Program-made: the position numbers and the translations under genes
From: Candidatus Multivoradales bacterium
GTDB lineage: Bacteria > Acidobacteriota > Thermoanaerobaculia > Multivoradales > Multivoraceae
Assembly: GCA_965223325.1 (NCBI GenBank)
Contig: CBDCWI010000002.1
Location: 800,001-864,000 of the forward strand
Direction of reading: 5' to 3'
Length of the DNA: 64,000 bases
Shown here: positions 58,211-64,000 of the stretch, in pieces
Layout of the letters: every line of letters starts with the position of its first letter
Position numbering within the stretch: position 1 is the stretch's first letter
Notes under the pieces: model-generated
The model's input: the letters and a program-made list of their open reading frames with translations, nothing else
The model's database searches: none
Told to the model about the DNA's origin: nothing

Positions 58211-59848
58211 CTACCGGAGACCGACGATCTCGCCGTCCACCAGGTCGATGTGCTTGGACTGGGGCTCACGCGGCAGGCCAGGCATCCGCATGATGTCGCC
58301 CAGCAGCACGACGACGAAACCGGCGCCGGCCGAGATCTGAAAGTCGGAAACGGTGATCGAGAAGTTCTCCGGGCGACCGGCTCGGGCTGGCTCGTCGGAG
58401 AGCGACATGGGCGTCTTGGCGATGCAAACCGGTAGCTTGCCGTAGCCGAGCTTCTCGATGATCTTGAGGGATCGCTTGGCGGTCTTGGTGTAGTCGACCC
58501 CCGTCGCACCGTACATCTTGCCGGCCACCGCAAGGATCTTTTCGGCGATCGAAGCGTCGAGGTCGTAGAGCAGCTCCACCGGGGCGCCCGGACCCTGGAC
58601 GTGTTCGACCAGAGTCCGCGCAAGCTCCTCGGCTCCTTCCCCACCCCTGGCAAAGTGATCCGAGACCGCGAACGCCACCCCGGTCTCAGAACACGCCTGG
58701 CGCACGACGTCGATTTCTTCGTCGGTGTCGGTCCCGAACTGGTTGAGCGCAACCAGCGGCCGTTTGCCGAACAGGGCGATGTTCTCGATGTGCTTTCTGA
58801 GGTTGGGCAGCCCCCGAAGAACGGCATCGGGATTGGGCTCCGGAAGGCCCTTCTTGACTCCACCGTGCCGCTTCAAGGCGCGGACGGTGGCCACCAGGAC
58901 AACGGCTGCCGGGTCCAGGCCGGCGCTTCGACACTTGATGTCGAGGAACTTCTCGGCACCGAGATCGAAACCGAATCCGGCCTCGGTGATCGTCCAGTCG
59001 GCGTGGGCCATCGCCATCTTGGTGGCCAATACCGAGTTGCAACCATGTGCGATGTTGGCGAAGGGGCCACCGTGAACGAACGCCGGCGTGCCTTCGATCG
59101 ACTGCACCAGGTTGGGCAGCATGGCTTCCTTGAGGAGCACCATCATCGCGCCCACCGCGTCGAGGTCGCCGGCCAGCACCGGCTTGCCGTCGAAGGTAAA
59201 GGCGACGAGAAGTCGCGAAAGGCGAGCCCTGAGATCGTCGGCGTCTTCCGCCAGGCACAGCGCCGCCATGATCTCGGAGGCGGGAGTGATGTCGAATCCC
59301 CCTTCGCGCGGCACTCCCTGGAGGCGCCCTCCCAACCCCACCACCACGCGGCGTAACGAACGGTCGTTGAGATCGATGACCCGTCGCCAGAGCACGCGGC
59401 GAGAATCGATCCGCGGTTCTCCGCCGTGGTAGATGTGGTTGTCGATCAGGGCGGCGAGCAGGTTGTTGGCCGACGTAATGGCGTGAAAGTCGCCATTGAA
59501 GTGCAGGTTGATGGCGTCCTGTGGCACGACGATCGAGCGGCCGCCGCCGGTCGCGCCACCCTTGAGGCCGAATACCGGCCCGAGCGAAGGTTCGCGCAGC
59601 GCCAGGCAAACGTTTTCGCCGATGCGGGAGAGCCCCTGCGCCAGGCCGATCGAAGTCGTCGTCTTGCCCTCACCGGATTTGGTCGGCGTGATCGCCGACA
59701 CCAGCACCAGCCGACCAGGCTTGCGACCGTTGTCGCGCGCTTCGAGCTGCACTTTGGCGCGGTCGGACCCGAAGGGCAGCAGATGATCGGGGCTGATCCC
59801 GAGATCTGCCGCGACGTCCTGAATCGGGCGTAGTGTTTGAGACGACAT
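58211..59848 (-). CDS. fhs: Formate--tetrahydrofolate ligase
   Basis: TPTKSGEGKTT, LREPSLGP, INLHFNGD, HGGPFANIAHG, TEAGFG and MRMPGL. GGAGG RBS. Confidence 0.97.
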   Translation of the reverse strand: MSSQTLRPIQDVAADLGISPDHLLPFGSDRAKVQLEARDNGRKPGRLVLVSAITPTKSGEGKTTTSIGLAQGLSRIGENVCLALREPSLGPVFGLKGGATGGGRSIVVPQDAINLHFNGDFHAITSANNLLAALIDNHIYHGGEPRIDSRRVLWRRVIDLNDRSLRRVVVGLGGRLQGVPREGGFDITPASEIMAALCLAEDADDLRARLSRLLVAFTFDGKPVLAGDLDAVGAMMVLLKEAMLPNLVQSIEGTPAFVHGGPFANIAHGCNSVLATKMAMAHADWTITEAGFGFDLGAEKFLDIKCRSAGLDPAAVVLVATVRALKRHGGVKKGLPEPNPDAVLRGLPNLRKHIENIALFGKRPLVALNQFGTDTDEEIDVVRQACSETGVAFAVSDHFARGGEGAEELARTLVEHVQGPGAPVELLYDLDASIAEKILAVAGKMYGATGVDYTKTAKRSLKIIEKLGYGKLPVCIAKTPMSLSDEPARAGRPENFSITVSDFQISAGAGFVVVLLGDIMRMPGLPREPQSKHIDLVDGEIVGLR

Positions 59849-59952
59849 AGTTCCTCCAGAGCCGCGATGCGGCCGGCATATGCGGTGGTTCTTCTTGGGA
59901 TTTCTCTTAAGAGGCGGGTGCCCACGCATTCTGCTGGGCCAACCGAGTCAGA

Positions 59953-62781
59953 TCAAGCCGGCTCGCCCTCCCCTTCGGCTTCGACCCAGGCTGCCCAGGC
60001 TCCCGGAAACACTTTCTCAGCCACCGAACCTTCGACCGGTTCGAGCCGCACCGCACACACCTTGTACTCGCCGGTTCCGGTCACCGCGTCGCCGGCGTCG
60101 GTCGTCAGGGCATTGGTGCGCGCCTCCGGAAAGTGGAACGGCATCCACAGTGTGCGGCGCCGCACCTGGCGGCTCATCATCGCGCGACACCGCACCCGAC
60201 CGCGCCGGCTCACCACATCGACCATCTGACCGTCACGAACCCCGAGACGATCCGCGTCGCGCGGGTGGATCTCGACGAAGGCCTCGGGTTGTTTGAACGT
60301 TAGACCCTCACTACGCCGCGTCTGAGTGGCGGCGTTGTAGTGGTAGAGCGTCCGCCCAGTCGACAGAACGAGCGGGAACTCCGGATCCGGCTGCTCGAAT
60401 GGCGGCCGGAACTCGACCGGCTGGAACAAGCCTTTGCCGCGAATGACCCCATCGCGATGCAGAAACTCGGTGCTCGGCTCCGAAGGACCCGTCACCGGCC
60501 ACTGCAGACCACCTTCGCGCTCGATGCGCTGGTGCGATATACCCGCGAACCTGGGCGTCAAGCGGGCGATCTCATCGTAGATCTCAGAAGGACTGCCGTA
60601 GGCGGGTTGTTCGTAGCCGGCCTTCTCCATCAGGGCCAGCAGGATCTGCCAGTCCGGCCGCGCCTCGCCCGGCGCCGGAACCGCAGGACGGACTCTCTGC
60701 ACCCGGCGGTCGGAGTTGGTGAATACGCCCTCCTTCTCGGCGAAACAGGCGGCCGGCAAAACGACGTCCGCGTAGCGGCAGCTCTCGTTGAAGAAGATGT
60801 CCTGGACAACGAGAAAGTCAATGTGGTTGAGCGCCTCTTCGACCCGCGTAACGTTGGGTTCCGAGATCACGATGTCCTCGCCCATCAGGAACATGCCGCG
60901 CAGCTCGCCGGCAACCATCGCCTTCATCATCTGGTTCAGGTTGAGACCCGTGGTCTCACTCTGCGGTGCGCCCCAAGCCTCGGCGAACTTGGCGCGCACG
61001 GCGGGATCGTCGGCCGCTTGGTAACCAGGATAGAAGACCGGTGTGGCGCCCGCGTCGTTGGCCCCCTGCACATTGTTCTGCCCGCGCAATGGGTTCATGC
61101 CCGCCGAACGCTTGCCGAGATGGCCAGTCATCAGCACCAGGTTGGATAGCGCGTAGACGTTGTCGGTACCGGTAGTGTGTTCGGTGATGCCAAGGGTGTA
61201 GTAGATGCCGGCTTTGGGCGTCGTGGCGTAGGCCCGCGCCACTTCGCGGATGTGCTCGCTTGGCACCCCGGTGACCTTCTCGGCTTCTTCGGGTGAGTAC
61301 TTCGAAACCATGTCTGCCGTGGCAGCGAAGTTCTCGGTGTTCGCCTCGATCCAGGCGCGGTCTTCGAGCCCCTCGTCGAGGATGGTGTGCGCCATGGCGT
61401 TGAGCAGCCAGACATCGGTGCCGGGCTCGAGCTGTAGGTGCCAGTCTGCGATCTCGGTCAGCCAGATCGCCCGCGGGTCAGCAACCGCCAGGCGTGCCCC
61501 GCGCCGCACCGCACGCTTCATCTCCATGGCGATCACCGGATGGGCCTCTGTAGTGTTCGAACCGATGACGAACAGAAAATCCGCGTCGCGAATCTCGGGG
61601 ATCGAGTTGGTCATTGCGCCGGCTCCGAACGTGGTCACCAGACCGGCGACCGTTGGAGCGTGTCACGTCGCAGCGCATTGATGGACGTTGTGGGTGCTAA
61701 ACACCGCCCGCGCCATCTTCTGCACCAGGTAGTTCTCTTCGACCGTGCAACGACTCGAACTGATGAAGGCGAGCGCGTCACTTCCATGCTCAGCTTCGAC
61801 CGCCCGCAAACCGCTGGCAGCGCGCTCGAGGGCCTCGTCCCAGGTTTCCGGCACCAGTTGACCGCTGGCATCGCGAACCAGCGGAGTGGTCAAACGATCG
61901 GGATGGTGAATGAAGTCGTTGGCAAAGCGCCCCTTGACACACAGGTTGCCGTCGTTGACGGTCGTGCCGGGTTCCGGCGCCGTGACGTAGGCGACGCGCT
62001 CGCGTTCCCGATCGACATGAAGGTCGAGTTGGCAGCCAACGCCACAGAAGTTGCAGGTCGTGCGCACAACGTCGAGCTCTCGGTGCGCCTTGCCGGTCGC
62101 TTCGTGGTAGCGCATCGCCGTTTTATCGACCATTGCACCGGTGGGACACACCGCAATGCACCCGCCGCACATCTCGCAGGTGGTCTCTTCGAGGGACAGG
62201 CGGTCGGCCGTCGAGACTGTCGTCATCGCGCCGCGTCCGGCCATCGTGATGGCCGAGACCCCTTCGATCTCATCGCAGTAGCGAGTACACAGTGAACAGC
62301 CGATGCAGCGCTCGGCGCGGAACCCGACGTAGGGGTTCTCATCATGCGGGCGATCCTGGCGCGGCGTCACCACCTCGGGCCATCGCGTTGTGTTCTCGTC
62401 CGCAGTGCCGTAGCGCAGGTTGTGGGCCATGAGCCGCGACGGGGCGACGTCCTCGGCGACCGCGCGATCGCCCTGGATCTTCTGGCCGCCGCTATCGGCC
62501 GTGTGAAGCGCCAGGATGAACCTCCGGTTGCGCTCTGTGCGTTCGGTTTGTGTTCGTACCTGCATGCCGTCGGTGGCCAAAAGAGCACAGGCCGGTTGCA
62601 TCAGGCGGCTGCCCTCGACTTCGACCAGGCACAGGCGGCACGCACCGGCAGGATCGAGACGCTCGTCCCAGCAGAGGGTGGGGATCTCGCGACCGACTCG
62701 CCGCGCGACTTCGAGGACCGTTTCGCCAGGAGAGAACCCGACGTCCTGGCCGTCGAGCTGGAGCTTTGGTTGCTGACTCAT
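59953..62781 (-). CDS. fdhF: Selenocysteine-containing formate dehydrogenase alpha subunit (942 aa, UGA at 61663-61665 read as Sec)
   Basis: The two track ORFs are in the same frame and are joined by CAAT-UGA-HAPTVAGL. 2Fe-2S, 2x4Fe-4S and CNFCGVGC motifs, plus LRGQNNVQG. Confidence 0.94.
61622..61662 (-). promoter_or_regulatory. Bacterial SECIS element
   Basis: UGA, then 11 nt, then hairpin GGUCGCC-GGUCU-GGUGACC. GCUCC/GGAGC can form a lower stem. Confidence 0.88.
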
Positions 62782-62801
62782 GCTGGGGTTCCTCCGAGAA
62801 C

Positions 62802-64000
62802 CTACGGGCGCGGTTGGAAGTCTTCTCCGAAGTAGTGCATGGCGCTCTCGAGCGGTAGCGGAGCAGCCTGGCCGAGGCCACAGATGCTGGCTTCTTTCAT
62901 TCCCCAGGCGACCTCTTCGAGGTGCGCCAGGGCCTCTGGATCACGCGTTTCGACAAAACGATCAAGCGCCTGGCGCACCATCTGCGTGCCGATCCGGCAA
63001 GGCGCACACTGGCCACACGACTCGTCTTCGAAGAAGCCCGCCTGGATGCGGGCCGCTTCGGCCATGTCAACTGTCTCGTTGAGCAGCACGATCCCGGCGG
63101 AGCCGAGCATGCTCCCGGCTTCTTGCAGCGAACGGAAATCGAGGGGTACATCGATGCGATCGGCGGGCAAAAAGCCACTCGAGGCACCGCCGGGAGAAAA
63201 CGCCTTGAGCGTGCCAACGACGCCGCCGGCGCCTTCGAGCAGCTCGCTCAAGGTGGTGCCCATCGGCGCCTCGTAGACCCCGGGCCGCTCGACGTGACCC
63301 GACAAGCAGTAGAGCTTCGAGCCCGCTTCGGTTGCGCCGGTGCTTTTAAACCACGCCCCGCCCTTCCGCACGATCGCCGGTAGGCAGGCGATCGTCTCGA
63401 CGTTCTGGATCAACGTAGGCTTCTGGCGAAAACCCTTCTCGCCCGGATAGGGCGGCTTCATCCGCGGCAGGCCGCGCTTGCCCTCGAGCGCTTCGAGAAG
63501 GGCGGTCTCTTCGCCGCAAATGTAGGCTCCGTGGCCGTCGACGAAGTGCCAACGGAGCTCCTCTTCGACCCAACCGCGGGTGCGTGCCAGAGACACCGCG
63601 CGTTCGAGCGCCGCCTTGACCATCCCGAACTCTCCGCGCACGTAGCAGTAGATGTCACCGGCACCGAGAGTGTGAGCCGCAATCGCCAGGCCCTCGACCA
63701 CCAGGTGAGGACGCCGCAGAATGACCTCGCGATCTTTGAAGGTTCCAGGTTCTCCTTCGTCGGCGTTCAGGACGACGTAGCGCTCGCGCTCTGTCTGGCG
63801 GGCGATCGCCCGCCACTTGATGTGTGCAGGAAAGCCCGCGCCGCCACGACCGGTGAGCTCGGAAGTCTCGAGTTCATCGAGGAGCCACTCCGGCGGTTTC
63901 TGGCGCACCTTCTCGAGCGCCGCGTAGTCATCGAACTCGGCTGCGAGGAGATCGATCGCGTGGGAGGAGCTAGACGGTGAGAAAGCAGTCGCCGGAAGGG
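62802..64000 (-). CDS. NuoF/FdsB-like NAD(H)- and FMN-binding 4Fe-4S subunit (5' end outside window)
   Basis: GRGGAGFP, NADEGEPG, GAYICGEETAL and ESCGQCAPCRIG...SICGLG. Frame is open to the window edge. Confidence 0.93.
   Translation of the reverse strand, partial: LPATAFSPSSSSHAIDLLAAEFDDYAALEKVRQKPPEWLLDELETSELTGRGGAGFPAHIKWRAIARQTERERYVVLNADEGEPGTFKDREVILRRPHLVVEGLAIAAHTLGAGDIYCYVRGEFGMVKAALERAVSLARTRGWVEEELRWHFVDGHGAYICGEETALLEALEGKRGLPRMKPPYPGEKGFRQKPTLIQNVETIACLPAIVRKGGAWFKSTGATEAGSKLYCLSGHVERPGVYEAPMGTTLSELLEGAGGVVGTLKAFSPGGASSGFLPADRIDVPLDFRSLQEAGSMLGSAGIVLLNETVDMAEAARIQAGFFEDESCGQCAPCRIGTQMVRQALDRFVETRDPEALAHLEEVAWGMKEASICGLGQAAPLPLESAMHYFGEDFQPRP

Noticed and set aside
57400-58293. 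Arg/His-rich and other plus-strand ORFs
   Set aside because: Shadow frames of the repetitive minus-strand lipoprotein, which has the RBS, lipobox and terminator.
59849-59952. THF or ZTP riboswitch upstream of fhs
   Set aside because: I could not match the conserved core of either aptamer in the 104-bp gap. An Rfam scan would be decisive.
59953-62781. FDH as a pseudogene or two separate genes
   Set aside because: The stop is UGA exactly at the catalytic Sec/Cys position, with a canonical SECIS.

Overview
GC-rich, gene-dense bacterial chromosome segment with about 43 protein-coding genes. The content suggests an Acidobacteriota genome, probably Thermoanaerobaculia-like (inference). Supporting genes are a GWxTD-like/VWA protein, a Ser/Thr kinase-TPR protein, a PVC-type CxxCH protein, a VPS10/BNR protein, two EYACHEGNY-family proteins and several alkaline-phosphatase-superfamily proteins. 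Main themes: (i) scattered envelope and glycan-modification genes, including a NoeA-like methyltransferase coupled to a tiny YLDPxTGS membrane peptide, three Thr-type or truncated sulfatase-like proteins ending LxALGY, two GT-C-like membrane proteins, an SGNH protein and a methyltransferase-DegT-GT2 operon; (ii) secreted enzymes with distinctive C-terminal tags; (iii) a C1 operon nuoF-like > selenocysteine formate dehydrogenase (in-frame UGA plus SECIS) > fhs. Non-coding and structural signals read directly from the DNA: a 166-bp MITE-like element with 24-bp terminal inverted repeats and CTAG ends, an 8x11-bp tandem array with a related hairpin copy 8 kb away, a TGACC-box operator cluster between tetR and an ABC exporter, a back-to-back junction of two 5'-truncated genes near 17.43 kb, and a +1 frameshift in a DUF4188 gene. 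No rRNA, tRNA, CRISPR array or transposase was recognised. Family assignments come from motif recognition by eye, not database searches.
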